This document shows positions 29,371-45,019 of a stretch of 64,000 nucleotides of DNA, in pieces; position 1 is the first letter of the stretch, and every line of letters begins with the position of its first letter. The DNA is from Eledone cirrhosa. Lineage: Eukaryota. Made by a program: the position numbers and the translations under genes. Below the pieces are notes generated by a model. The model was not told the origin of the DNA and made no database searches. It saw only the letters and a program-made list of their open reading frames with translations. The stretch spans positions 208,320,001 through 208,384,000 of the forward strand of contig OZ024743.1 in assembly GCA_964016885.1 (NCBI GenBank). Direction: 5' to 3'.

Positions 29371-32300
29371 AGAAATACCACAGTTTACCATCCTATAGCC
29401 ACGCCACGGATGAAAGCTCTTCACTCCATAAGATATACCACAGTTTCCCAGCCTATAGCCACACATGAAAGCTCTTCACTCCATAAGATATACCACAGTT
29501 TACCATCCTATTGCCACAGATGAAAGCTCTTCACTCCATAAGATATACCACAGTTTACAATCCTATAGCCACACATGAAAGCTCTTCACTCCATAACATA
29601 TACCACAGTTTACCATCCTATAGCCTCACATGAAAGCTCTTCGCTCCATAAGATATACCACAGTTTACCATCCTATAGCCACACATGAAAGCTCTTCACT
29701 CCATAAGATATACCACATTTTACCATCCTATAGCCACACATGAAAGCTCTTCACTCCATAAGATATACCACAGTTTACCATCCTATAGCCACAGATGAAA
29801 GCTCTTCACTCCATAAGATATACCACAGTTTAACATCCTATAGCCACACATGAAAGCTCTTCACTCCATAAGATATACCACAGTTTACCATCCTATAGCC
29901 ACACATGAAAGCTCTTCACTCCATAAGATATACAACAGTTTACCATCCTATAGCCACAGATGAAAGCTCTTCACTCCATAAGATATACCACAGTTGACCA
30001 TCCTATAGCTAGATGAAAGCTCTTCACTCCATAAGATATACCACAGTTTACCATCCTATAGCCACAGATGAAAGCTCTTCACTCCATAAGATATACCACA
30101 GTTTACCATCCTATAGCCACACATGAAAGCTCTTCACTCCATAAGATATACCACAGTTTACCATCCTATAGCCACACATGAAAGCTCTTTACTACATAAG
30201 ATATACCACAGTTTACCATCCTATAGCCACACATGAAAGCTCTTCACTCCATAAGATATACCACAATTTACCATCCTATAGCCACACATGAAAGCTCTTC
30301 ACTCCATAAGATATACCACAGTTTACCATCCTATAGCCACGCCACGGATGAAAGCTCTTCACTCCATAAGATATACCACAGTTTACCATCCTATAGCCAC
30401 ACATGAAAGCTCTTCACTCCATAAGATATACCACAGTTTACCATCCTATTGCCACAGATGAAAGCTCTTCACTCCATAAGATATACCACAGTTTACAATC
30501 CTATAGCCACACATGAAAGCTCTTCACTCTATAACATATACCACAGTTTACCATCCTATAGCCACACATGAAAGCTCTTCGCTCCATAAGATATACCACA
30601 GTTTACCATCCTATAGCCACACATGAAAGCTCTTCACTCCATAAGATATACCACAGTTTACCATCCTATAGCCACACATGAAAGCTCTTCACTCCATAAG
30701 ATATACCACAGTTTACCATCCTATAGCCACAGATGAAAGCTCTTCACTCCATAAGATATACCACAGTTTACCATCCTATAGCCACACATGAAAGCTCTTC
30801 ACTCCATAAGATATACCACAGTTTACCATCCTATAGCCACACATGAAAGCTCTTCACTCCATAAGATATAACACAGTTTACCATCTTATAGCCACAGATG
30901 AAAGCTCTTCACTCCATAAGATATAGCACAGTTTACCATCCTATAGCCACAGATGAAACCTCTTCACTCCATAAGATATACCACAGTTTACCGTCCTATA
31001 GCCACACATGAAAGCTCTTCACTCCATAACATATACCACAGTTCACCATCCTATAGCCACACATGAAAGCTCTTCACTCCATAAGATATACCACAGTTTA
31101 CAATCCTATAGCCACACATGAAAGCTCTTCACTCCATAACATATACCACAGTTTACCATCCTATAGCCACACATGAAAGCTCTTCACTCCATAAGATATA
31201 CCACAGTTTACCATCCTATAGCCACACATGAAAGCTCTTCACTCCATAAGATATACCACAGTTTACCATCCTATAGCCACAGATGAAAGCTCTTCACTCC
31301 ATAAGATATACTACAGTTTACCATCCTATAGCCACACATGAAAGCTCTTCACTCCATAGGATATACCACAGTTTACCATCCTATAGCCACACATGAAAGC
31401 TCTTCACTCCATAAGATATACCAAAGTTTACCACCCTATGGCCACAGATGAAAGCAGTTCACTCCATAACATATACGACAGTTTACCATCATATAGCCAC
31501 ACATGAAATCTCTTCACTCCATAAGATAAACCACAGTTTACCATCCTATAGCCAGATGAAAGCTCTTCACTCCATAAGATATACCACAGTTTACCATCCC
31601 ATAGCCACACATTAAAGCTCTTCACTCCATAAGATATACCACAGTTTAACATCCTATGGCCACAGATGAAAGCCCTTCACTCCATAAGATATACCACAGT
31701 TTACCATCCTATAGCCACACATGAAAGCTCTTCACTCCATAAGATATACCACAGTTTACCATCCTATAGCCACAGATGATAGCTCTTCAATCCATAAGAT
31801 ATACCACAGTTTACCATCCTATAGCCACAGATGAAAGCTCTTAACTTCATAAGATATACCACAGTTTACCATCCTATGGCCAAGATGAAAGCTCTTCACT
31901 CCATAAGATATACCACAGTTTACCATCCTATGGCCACACATAAAGCTCTTCACTCCATAAGATATACCACAGTTTACCATATTATAGCCACACATGAAAG
32001 CTCTTCACTCCATAAGATATACCACAGTTTACCATCCTATAGCCACACATGAAAGCTCTTCACTCCATAAGATATACCACAGTTTACCATCCTATAGCCA
32101 CACATGAAAGCTCTTCACTCCATAAGATATACCACAGTTTACCATCCTATAGCCACGCCACAGATGAAAGCTCTTCACTCCATAAGATATACCACAGTTT
32201 ACCATCCTATAGCCACACATGAAAGCTCTTCTCTCCATAAGATATACCACAGTTTACCATCATATAGCCACACATGAAAGCTCTTCACTCCATAAATATA

Positions 32301-35300
32301 CCACAGTTTACCATCCTATAGCCACAGATGAAACCTCTTCACTCCATAAGATATACCACAGTTTACCATCCTATAGGCACTCATGAAAGCTCTTCACTCC
32401 ATAAGATATACCACAGTTTAACATCCTATAGCCACACATGAAAGCTCTTCACTCTCTAAGATATATCACAGTTTACCATCCTATAGCCACACATGAAAGC
32501 TCTTCACTCCATAAGATATACCACAGTTTACTATCCTATAGCAAAACATGGAAGCTCTTGACTCCATAAGATATACCACAGTTTACCATCCTATAGCCAC
32601 GCATGAAAGCTCTTCACTCCATAAGATATACCACAGTTTACCATCCTATAGCCACGCCACGGATGAAAGCTCTTCACTCCATAATATATACCACAGTTTA
32701 CCATCCTATAGACACACACGAAAGCTCTTCACTCCATACGATATACCACAGTTTACCATCCTATTGCCACAGATGAAAGCTCTTTACTCCATAAGATATA
32801 CCACAGTTTACCATCCTATAGCCACACATGAAAGCTCTTCACTCCATAAGATATACCACAGTTTACCATCCTATAGCCACACATGAAAGCTCTTCACTCC
32901 ATAAGATATACCACAGTTTACCATCCTATAGCCACAGATGAAAGATCGTCACTCCATAAGATATACCACAGTTTACCATCCTATAGCCACACATGAAAGC
33001 TCTTCACTCCATAAGATATACCACAGTGTACCATCCTATAGCCACACATGAAAGCTATTCACTCCATAAGATATACCACAGTTTACCATCCTATAGCCAC
33101 ACATGAAAGCTCTTCACTCCATAAGATATACCACAGTTTACCATCCTATAGGAAAACCTGAAAGCTCTTCACTCCATAAGATATACCACAGTTTGCCATC
33201 CTATGGCCACAGATGAAAGCTCTTCACTCCATAACATATACCACAGTTTACCATCATATAGCCACACATGAAAGCTCTTCACTCCATAAGATATACCACA
33301 GTTTACCATCCTATAGCCACAGATGAAAGCTCTTCACTCCATAAGATATACCACAGTTTACCATCCTATAGGCACACATGAAAGCTCTTCACTCCATAAC
33401 ATATACCACAGTTTACCATCCTATAGCCACACATGAAAGCTCTTCACTCTATAAGATATACCACAGTTTACCATCCTATAGCCACACATGAAAGCTCTTC
33501 ACTCCATAAGATATACCACAATTTACCATCCTATAGCAAAACATGAAAGCTCTTCACTCCATAAGATATACCACAGTTTACCATCCTATGGCCACAGATG
33601 AAAGCTCTTCACTCCATAAGATATACCACAGTTTACCATCCTATAGCCACGCCACGGATGAAAGCTCTTCACTCCATAAGATATACCACAGTTTACCATC
33701 CTATAGCCACACATGAAAGCTCTTCACTCCATAAGATATACCACAATTTACCATCCTATAGCAAAACATGAAAGCTCTTCACTCCATAAGATATACCACA
33801 GTTTACCATCCTATGGCCACAGATGAAAGCTCTTCACTCCATAAGATATACCACAGTTTACCATCCTATAGCCACGCCACGGATGAAAGCTCTTCACTCC
33901 ATAAGATATACCACAGTTTACCATCCTATAGCCACACATGAAAGCTCTTTACTACATAAGATATACCACAGTTTACCATCCTATAGCCACACATGAAAGC
34001 TCTTCACTCCATAAGATATACCACAGTTTACCATCCTATAGCCACACATGAAAGCTCTTCACTCCATAAGATATACCACAGTTTACCATCCTATAGCCAC
34101 ACATGAAAGCTCTTCACTCCATAAGATATACCACAGTTTACCATCCTATAGCCACACATGAAAGCTCTTCACTCCATAAGATATACCACAGTTTACCATC
34201 CTATAGCCACACATGAAAGCTCTTCACTCCATAAGATATACCACAGTTTACCATCCTATAGCCACGCCACGGATGAAAGCTCTTCACTCTATAAGATATA
34301 CCACAGTTTACCATCCTATAGCCACACATGAAAGCTCTTCACTCCATAAGATATACCACAGTTTACCATCCTATTGCCACAGATGAAAGCTCTTCACTCC
34401 ATAAGATATACCACAGTTTACAATCCTATAGCCACACATGAAAGCTCTTCACTCCATAACATATACCACAGTTTACCATCCTATAGCCACACATGAAAGC
34501 TCTTCGCTCCATAAGATATACCACAGTTTACCATCCTATAGCCACACATGAAAGCTCTTCACTCCATAAGATATACCACAGTTTACCATGCTATAGCCAC
34601 ACATGAAAGCTCTTCACTCCATAAGATATACCACAGTTTACCATCCTATAGCCACAGATGAAAGCTCTTCACTCCATAAGATATACCACAGTTTACCATC
34701 CTATAGCCACACATGAAAGCTCTTCACTCCATAAGATATAACACAGTTTACCATCCTATAGCCACACATGAAAGCTCTTCACTCCATAAGATATAACACA
34801 GTTTACCATATTATAGCCACAGATGAAAGCTCTTCACTCCATAAGATATACCACAGTTTACCATCCTATAGCCACACATGAAAGCTCTTCACTCCATAAG
34901 ATATACCACAGTTTACCATCCTATAGCCACACATGAAAGCTCTTCACTCCGTAAGATATACCACAGTTTACCATCCTATAGCCACAGATGAAAGCTCTTC
35001 ACTCCATAAGATATACCACAGTTTACCATCCTATAGCTAGATGAAAGCTCTTCACGCCATATGATATACCACAGTTTACCATCCTATAGCCACAGATGAA
35101 AGCTCTTCACTCCATAAGATATACCACAGTTTACCATCCTATAGCCACACATGAAAGCTCTTCTCTCCATAAGATATACCACAGTTTACCATCCTATAGC
35201 CACACATGAAACCTCTTCACTCCATAAGATATACCACAGTTTACCATCCTATAGCCACACATGAAAGCTCTTCACTCCATAAGATATACCACAGTTTACC

Positions 35301-38300
35301 ATCCTATAGCCACAGATAAAAGCTCGTCACTCCATAAGATATACCACAGTTTACCATCCTATAGCCACACATGAAAGCTCTTCACTCCATAAGATATACC
35401 ACAGTTTACCATCATATAGCCACCCATCAAAGCTCTTCACTCCATAAGATATACCACAGTTTACCATCCTATAGCCACACATGAAAGCTATTCACTCCAT
35501 AAGATATACCACAGTTTACCATCCTATAGCCACACATGAAAGCTCTTCACTCCATAAGATATAGCACAGTTTACCATCCTATAGCCACGCCACGGATGAA
35601 AGCTCTTCACTCCATAAGATATACCACAGTTTACCATCCTATAGCCACACATGAAAGCTCTTCACTCCATAAGATATACCACAGTTTACCATCATATAGC
35701 CACACATGAAAGCTCTTCACTCCATAAGATATACCACAGTTTACCATCCTATAGCCACAGATGAAAGCTCTTCACTCCATAAGATATACCACAGTTTACC
35801 ATCCTATAAGCACTCATGAAAGCTCTTCACTCCATAAGATATACCACAGTTTACCATCCTATAGCCACACATGAAAGCTCTTCACTCTATAAGATATATC
35901 ACAGTTTACCATCCTATAGCCACACATGAAAGCTCTTCACTCCATAAGATATACCACAGTTTACTATCCTATAGCAAAACATGAAAGCTCTTCACTCCAT
36001 AAGATATACCACAGTTTACCATCCTATGGCCACAGATGAAAGCTCTTCACTCCATAAGATATACCACAGTTTACCACCCTATGGCCACAGATGAAAGCTC
36101 TTAACTCCATAAGATATACCACAGTTTACCATCCTATAGCCACGCATGAAAGCTCTTCACTCCATAAGATATACCACAGTTTACCATCCTATAGCCACAC
36201 ATGCAAGCTCTTCACTCCATAAGATATACCACAGTTTACCATCCTATAGCCACGCCACGGATGAAAGCTCTTCACTCCATAATATATACCACAGTTTACC
36301 ATCCTATAGACACACACGAAAGCTCTTCACTCCATAAGATATACCACAGTTTACCATCCTATTGCCACAGATGAAAGCTCTTCACTCCATAAGATATACC
36401 ACAGTTTACCATCCTATAGCCACACATTAAAGCTCTTCACTCCATAAGATATACCACAGTTTACCATCCTATAGCCACATATGAAAGCTCTTCACTCCAT
36501 AAGATATACCACAGTTTACCATCCTATAGCCACAGATGAAAGCTCGTCACTCCATAAGATATACCACAGTTTACCATCCTATAGCCACACATGAAAGCTC
36601 TTCACTCCATAAGATATACCACAGTTTACCATCATATAGCCACACATGAAAGCTCTTCACTCCATAAGATATACCACAGTTTACCATCCTATAGCCACAG
36701 ATGAAAGCTATTCACTCCATAAGATATACCACAGTTTACCATCCTATAGCCACACACGAAAGCTCTTCACTCCATAAGATATACCACAGTTTACCATCCT
36801 ATAGGAAAACCTGAAAGCTCTTCACTCCATAAGATATACCACAGTTTACCATCCTATGGCCACAGATGAAAGCTCTTCACTCCATAAGATATACCAAAGT
36901 TTACCACCCTATGGCCACAGATGAAAGCTCTTCACTCCAAAACATATACCACAGTTTACCATCATATAGCCACACATGAAAGCTCTTCACTCCATAAGAT
37001 ATACCACAGTTTACCATCCTATAGCCACAGATGAAAGCTCTTCACTCCATAAGATATACCACAGTTTACCATCCTATAGCCACACATGAAAGCTCTTTAC
37101 TCCATAAGATATACCACAGTTTACCATCCTATAGCCACACATGAAAGCTCTTCACTCCATAAGATATACCACAGTTTACCATCCTATAGCCACACATGAA
37201 AGCTCTTCACTCCATAAGATATACCACAGTTTACCATCCTATAGCCACACATGAAAGCTCTTCACTCTATAAGATATACCACAGTTTACCATCCTATAGC
37301 CACACATGAAAGCTCTTCACTCCATAAGATATACCACAGTTTACCATCCTATAGCCACACATGAAAGCTCTTCACTCCATAAGATATACCACAGTTTACC
37401 ATCCTATAGCCACGCCACGGATGAAAGCTCTTCACTCCATAATATATACCACAGTTTACCATCCTATAGACACACACGAAAGCTCTTCACTCCATAAGAT
37501 ATACCACAGTTTACCATCCTATTGCCACAGATGAAAGCTCTTCACTCCATAAGATATACCACAGTTTACCATCCTATAGCCACACATTAAAGCTCTTCAC
37601 TCCATAAGATATACCACAGTTTACCATCCTATAGCCACATATGAAAGCTCTTCACTCCATAAGATATACCACAGTTTACCATCCTATAGCCACAGATGAA
37701 AGCTCGTCACTCCATAAGATATACCACAGTTTACCATCCTATAGCCACACATGAAAGCTCTTCACTCCATAAGATATACCACAGTTTACCATCATATAGC
37801 CACACATGAAAGCTCTTCACTCCATAAGATATACCACAGTTTACCATCCTATAGCCACACATGAAAGCTATTCACTCCATAAGATATACCACAGTTTACC
37901 ATCCTATAGCCACACATGAAAGCTCTTCACTCCATAAGATATACCACAGTTTACCATCCTATAGGAAAACCTGAAAGCTCTTCACTCCATAAGATATACC
38001 ACAGTTTACCATCCTATGGCCACAGATGAAAGCTCTTCACTACATAAGATATACCAAAGTTTACCACCCTATGGCCACAGATGAAAGCTCTTCACTCCAT
38101 AACATATACCACAGTTTACCATCATATAGCCACACATGAAAGCTCTTCACTCCATAAGATATACCACAGTTTACCATCCTATAGCCACAGATGAAAGCTC
38201 TTCACTCCATAAGATATACCACAGTTTACCATCCTATAGCCACACATGAAAGCTCTTTACTCCATAAGATATACCACAGTTTACCATCCTATAGCCACAC

Positions 38301-41300
38301 ATGAAAGCTCTTCACTCCATAAGATATACCACAGTTTACCATCCTATAGCCACACATGAAAGCTCTTCACTCCATAAGATATACCACAGTTTACCATCCT
38401 ATAGCCACACATGAAAGCTCTTCACTCCATAAGATATACCACAGTTTACCATCCTATAGCCACACATGAAAGCTCTTCACTCCATAAGATATACCACAGT
38501 TTTCCATCCTATAGCCACACATGAAAGCTCTTCACTCCATAAGAAATACCACAGTTTACCATCCTATAGCCACGCCACGGATGAAAGCTCTTCACTCCAT
38601 AAGATATACCACAGTTTCCCAGCCTATAGCCACACATGAAAGCTCTTCACTCCATAAGATATACCACAGTTTACCATCCTATTGCCACAGATGAAAGCTC
38701 TTCACTCCATAAGATATACCACAGTTTACAATCCTATAGCCACACATGAAAGCTCTTCACTCCATAACATATACCACAGTTTACCATCCTATAGCCACAC
38801 ATGAAAGCTCTTCACTCCATAAGATATACCACATTTTACCATCCTATAGCCACACATGAAAGCTCTTCACTCCATAAGATATACCACAGTTTACCATCCT
38901 ATAGCCACAGATGAAAGCTCTTCACTCCATAAGATATACCACAGTTTAACATCCTATAGCCACACATGAAAGCTCTTCACTCCATAAGATATACCACAGT
39001 TTACCATCCTATAGCCACACATGAAAGCTCTTCACTCCATAAGATATACAACAGTTTACCATCCTATAGCCACAGATGAAAGCTCTTCACTCCATAAGAT
39101 ATACCACAGTTGACCATCCTATAGCTAGATGAAAGCTCTTCACTCCATAAGATATACCACAGTTTACCATCCTATAGCCACAGATGAAAGCTCTTCACTC
39201 CATAAGATATACCACAGTTTACCATCCTATAGCCACACATGAAAGCTCTTCACTCCATAAGATATACCACAGTTTACCATCCTATAGCCACACATGAAAG
39301 CTCTTTACTACATAGGATATACCACAGTTTACCATCCTATAGCCACACATGAAAGCTCTTCACTCCATAAGATATACCACAATTTACCATCCTATAGCCA
39401 CACATGAAAGCTCTTCACTCCATAAGATATACCACAGTTTACCATCCTATAGCCACGCCACGGATGAAAGCTCTTCACTCCATAAGATATACCACAGTTT
39501 ACCATCCTATTGCCACAGATGAAAGCTCTTCACTCCATAAGATATACCACAGTTTACAATCCTATAGCCACACATGAAAGCTCTTCACTCTATAACATAT
39601 ACCACAGTTTACCATCCTATAGCCACACATGAAAGCTCTTCGCTCCATAAGATATACCACAGTTTACCATCCTATAGCCACACATGAAAGCTCTTCACTC
39701 CATAAGATATACCACAGTTTACCATCCTATAGCCACACATGAAAGCTCTTCACTCCATAAGATATACCACAGTTTACCATCCTATAGCCACAGATGAAAG
39801 CTCTTCACTCCATAAGATATACCACAGTTTACCATCCTATAGCCACACATGAAAGCTCTTCACTCCATAAGATATAACACAGTTTACCATCTTATAGCCA
39901 CAGATGAAAGCTCTTCACTCCATAAGATATACCACAGTTTACCATCCTATAGCCACACATGAAAGCTCTTCACTCCATAAGATATACCACAGTTTACCAT
40001 CCTATAGCCACACATTAAAGCTCTTCACTCCATAAGATATACCACAGTTTACCATCCTATAGCCACATATGAAAGCTCTTCACTCCATAAGATATACCAC
40101 AGTTTACCATCCTATAGCCACAGATGAAAGCTCGTCACTCCATAAGATATACCACAGTTTACCATCCTATAGCCACAGATGAAAGCTCTTCACTCCATAA
40201 GATATACCACAGTTTACCATCATATAGCCACACATGAAAGCTCTTCACTCCATAAGATATACCACAGTTTACCATCCTATAGCCACAGATGAAAGCTCTT
40301 CACTCCATAAGATATACCACAGTTTACCATCCTATAGCCACACATGAAAGCTCTTTACTCCATAAGATATACCACAGTTTACCATCCTATAGCCACACAT
40401 GAAAGCTCTTCACTCCATAAGATATACCACAGTTTACCATCCTATAGCCACACATGAAAGCTCTTCACTCCATAAGATATACCACAGTTTACCATCCTAT
40501 AGCCACACATGAAAGCTCTTCACTCCATAAGATATACCACAGTTTACCATCCTATAGCCACACATGAAAGCTCTTCACTCCATAAGATATACCACAGTTT
40601 TCCATCCTATAGCCACACATGAAAGCTCTTCACTCCATAAGAAATACCACAGTTTACCATCCTATAGCCACGCCACGGATGAAAGCTCTTCACTCCATAA
40701 GATATACCACAGTTTCCCAGCCTATAGCCACACATGAAAGCTCTTCACTCCATAAGATATACCACAGTTTACCATCCTATTGCCACAGATGAAAGCTCTT
40801 CACTCCATAAGATATACCACAGTTTACAATCCTATAGCCACACATGAAAGCTCTTCACTCCATAACATATACCACAGTTTACCATCCTATAGCCACACAT
40901 GAAAGCTCTTCGCTCCATAAGATATACCACAGTTTACCATCCTATAGCCACACATGAAAGCTCTTCACTCCATAAGATATACCACATTTTACCATCCTAT
41001 AGCCACACATGAAAGCTCTTCACTCCATAAGATATACCACAGTTTACCATCCTATAGCCACAGATGAAAGCTCTTCACTCCATAAGATATACCACAGTTT
41101 AACATCCTATAGCCACACATGAAAGCTCTTCACTCCATAAGATATACCACAGTTTACCATCCTATAGCCACACATGAAAGCTCTTCACTCCATAAGATAT
41201 ACAACAGTTTACCATCCTATAGCCACAGATGAAAGCTCTTCACTCCATAAGATATACCACAGTTGACCATCCTATAGCTAGATGAAAGCTCTTCACTCCA

Positions 41301-44300
41301 TAAGATATACCACAGTTTACCATCCTATAGCCACAGATGAAAGCTCTTCACTCCATAAGATATACCACAGTTTACCATCCTATAGCCACACATGAAAGCT
41401 CTTCACTCCATAAGATATACCACAGTTTACCATCCTATAGCCACACATGAAAGCTCTTTACTACATAAGATATACCACAGTTTACCATCCTATAGCCACA
41501 CATGAAAGCTCTTCACTCCATAAGATATACCACAATTTACCATCCTATAGCCACACATGAAAGCTCTTCACTCCATAAGATATACCTCAGTTTACCATCC
41601 TATAGCCACGCCACGGATGAAAGCTCTTCACTCCATAAGATATACCACAGTTTACCATCCTATAGCCACACATGAAAGCTCTTCACTCCATAAGATATAC
41701 CACAGTTTACCATCCTATTGCCACAGATGAAAGCTCTTCACTCCATAAGATATACCACAGTTTACAATCCTATAGCCACACATGAAAGCTCTTCACTCTA
41801 TAACATATACCACAGTTTACCATCCTATAGCCACACATGAAAGCTCTTCGCTCCATAAGATATACCACAGTTTACCATCCTATAGCCACACATGAAAGCT
41901 CTTCACTCCATAAGATATACCACAGTTTACCATCCTATAGCCACACATGAAAGCTCTTCACTCCATAAGATATACCACAGTTTACCATCCTATAGCCACA
42001 GATGAAAGCTCTTCACTCCATAAGATATACCACAGTTTACCATCCTATAGCCACACATGAAAGCTCTTCACTCCATAAGATATAACACAGTTTACCATCT
42101 TATAGCCACAGATGAAAGCTCTTCACTCCATAAGATATACCACAGTTTACCATCCTATAGCCACACATGAAAGCTCTTCACTCCATAAGATATACCACAG
42201 TTTACCATCCTATAGCCACACATTAAAGCTCTTCACTCCATAAGATATACCACAGTTTACCATCCTATAGCCACATATGAAAGCTCTTCACTCCATAAGA
42301 TATACCACAGTTTACCATCCTATAGCCACAGATGAAAGCTCGTCACTCCATAAGATATACCACAGTTTACCATCCTATAGCCACACATGAAAGCTCTTCA
42401 CTCCATAAGATATACCACAGTTTACCATCATATAGCCACACATGAAAGCTCTTCACTCCATAAGATATACCACAGTTTACCATCCTATAGCCACACATGA
42501 AAGCTATTCACTCCATAAGATATACCACAGTTTACCATCCTATAGCCACACATGAAAGCTCTTCACTCCATACGATATACCACAGTTTACCATCCTATAG
42601 GAAAACCTGAAAGCTCTTCACTCCATAAGATATACCACAGTTTACCATCCTATGGCCACAGATGAAAGCTCTTCACTCCATAAGATATACCAAAGTTTAC
42701 CACCCTATGGCCACAGATGAAAGCTCTTCACTCCATAACATATACCACAGTTTACCATCATATAGCCACACATGAAAGCTCTTCACTCCATAAGATATAC
42801 CACAGTTTACCATCCTATAGCCACAGATGAAAGCTCTTCACTCCATAAGATATACCACAGTTTACCATCCTATAGCCACACATGAAAGCTCTTTACTCCA
42901 TAAGATATACCACAGTTTACCATCCTATAGCCACACATGAAAGCTCTTCACTCCATAAGATATACCACAGTTTACCATCCTATAGCCACACATGAAAGCT
43001 CTTCACTCCATAAGATATACCACAGTTTACCATCCTATAGCCACACATGAAAGCTCTTCACTCCATAAGATATACCACAGTTTACCATCCTATAGCCACA
43101 CATGAAAGCTCTTCACTCCATAAGATATACCACAGTTTACCATCCTATAGCCACACATGAAAGCTCTTCACTCCATAAGAAATACCACAGTTTACCATCC
43201 TATAGCCACGCCACGGATGAAAGCTCTTCACTCCATAAGATATACCACAGTTTACCAGCCTATAGCCACACATGAAAGCTCTTCACTCCATAAGATATAC
43301 CACAGTTTACCATCCTATTGCCACAGATGAAAGCTCTTCACTCCATAAGATATACCACAGTTTACAATCCTATAGCCACACATGAAAGCTCTTCACTCCA
43401 TAACATATACCACAGTTTACCATCCTATAGCCACACATGAAAGCTCTTCGCTCCATAAGATATACCACAGTTTACCATCCTATAGCCACACATGAAAGCT
43501 CTTCACTCCATAAGATATACCACATTTTACCATCCTATAGCCACACATGAAAGCTCTTCACTCCATAAGATATACCACAGTTTACCATCCTATAGCCACA
43601 GATGAAAGCTCTTCACTCCATAAGATATACCACAGTTTAACATCCTATAGCCACACATGAAAGCTCTTCACTCTATAACATATACCACAGTTTACCATCC
43701 TATAGCCACACATGAAAGCTCTTCGCTCCATAAGATATACCACAGTTTACCATCCTATAGCCACACATGAAAGCTCTTCACTCCATAAGATATACCACAG
43801 TTTACCATCCTATAGCCACACATGAAAGCTCTTCACTCCATAAGATATACCACAGTTTACCATCCTATAGCCACAGATGAAAGCTCTTCACTCCATAAGA
43901 TATACCACAGTTTACCATCCTATAGCCACACATGAAAGCTCTTCACTCCATAAGATATACCACAGTTTACCATCCTATAGCCACACATGAAAGCTCTTCA
44001 CTCCATAAGATATAACACAGTTTACCATCTTATAGCCACAGATGAAAGCTCTTCACTCCATAAGATATACCACAGTTTACCATCCTATAGCCACACGTGA
44101 AAGCTCTTCACTCCATAAGATATACCACAGTTTACCATCCTATAGCCACACATGAAAGCTCTTCACTCCGTAAGATATACCACAGTTTACCATCCTATAG
44201 CCACAGATGAAAGCTCTTCACTCCATAAGATATACCACAGTTTACCATCCTATAGCTAGATGAAAGCTCTTCACTCCATATGATATACCACATTTTACCA

Positions 44301-45019
44301 TCCTATAGCCACAGATGAAAGCTCTTCACTCCATAAGATATACCACAGTTTACCATCCTATAGCCACACATGAAAGCTCTTCACTCCATAAGATATACCA
44401 CAGTTTACCATCCTATAGCCACACATGAAAGCTCTTCACTCCATAAGATATACCACAGTTTACCATCCTATAGCCACACATGAAAGCTCTTCACTCCATA
44501 AGATATACCACAGTTTACCATCCTATAGCCACAGATGAAAGCTCTTCACTCCATAAGATATACCACAGTTTACCATCCTATAGCCACACATGAAAGCTCT
44601 TTACTCCATAAGATATACCACAGTTTACCATCCTATAGCCACACATGAAAGCTCTTCACTCCATAAGATATACCACAGTTTACCATCCTATAGCCACACA
44701 TGAAAGCTCTTCACTCCATAAGATATACCACAGTTTACCATCCTATAGCCACACATGAAAGCTCTTCACTCCATAAGATATACCACAGTTTACCATCCTA
44801 TAGCCACACATGAAAGCTCTTCACTCCATAAGATATACCACAGTTTACCATCCTATAGCCACACATGAAAGCTCTTCACTCCATAAGAAATACCACAGTT
44901 TACCATCCTATAGCCACGCCACGGATGAAAGCTCTTCACTCCATAAGATATACCACAGTTTACCAGCCTATAGCCACACATGAAAGCTCTTCACTCCATA
45001 AGATATACCACAGTTTACC

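Larger units (their letters stand above)
21720..39900 (+). repeat. Large tandem duplication within the satellite, unit ~9,171 bp (~167 monomers), junction near 30,900
   Basis: Five ORF pairs are offset by exactly 9,171 (22257/31428, 22660/31831, 23377/32548, 26975/36146, 28135/37306), as is tatagcac (21751/30922). Private variants (gatgatagc, gccaagatg, atggaagctcttga, aagatcgtc, acccatcaaa, catgcaag) were seen once in each copy. Confidence 0.95.

Noticed and set aside
17412-31652. Three minus-strand ORFs (MLNCGISYG...)
   Set aside because: They are antisense translations of the same variant block copied three times (offsets 4,845 and 9,171). They serve only as duplication markers.
2937-37497. 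The 15 plus-strand ORFs (MKALHSIRYTTVYHPIATHESSS... type) as real genes or a repeat-protein family
   Set aside because: They are translations of the satellite monomer, which begins with ATG by chance. They exceed 37 codons only where 53, 54 or 60-bp variants or stop-loss substitutions occur. The 55-bp unit is not a multiple of 3, and there is no unique promoter, RBS or domain context.
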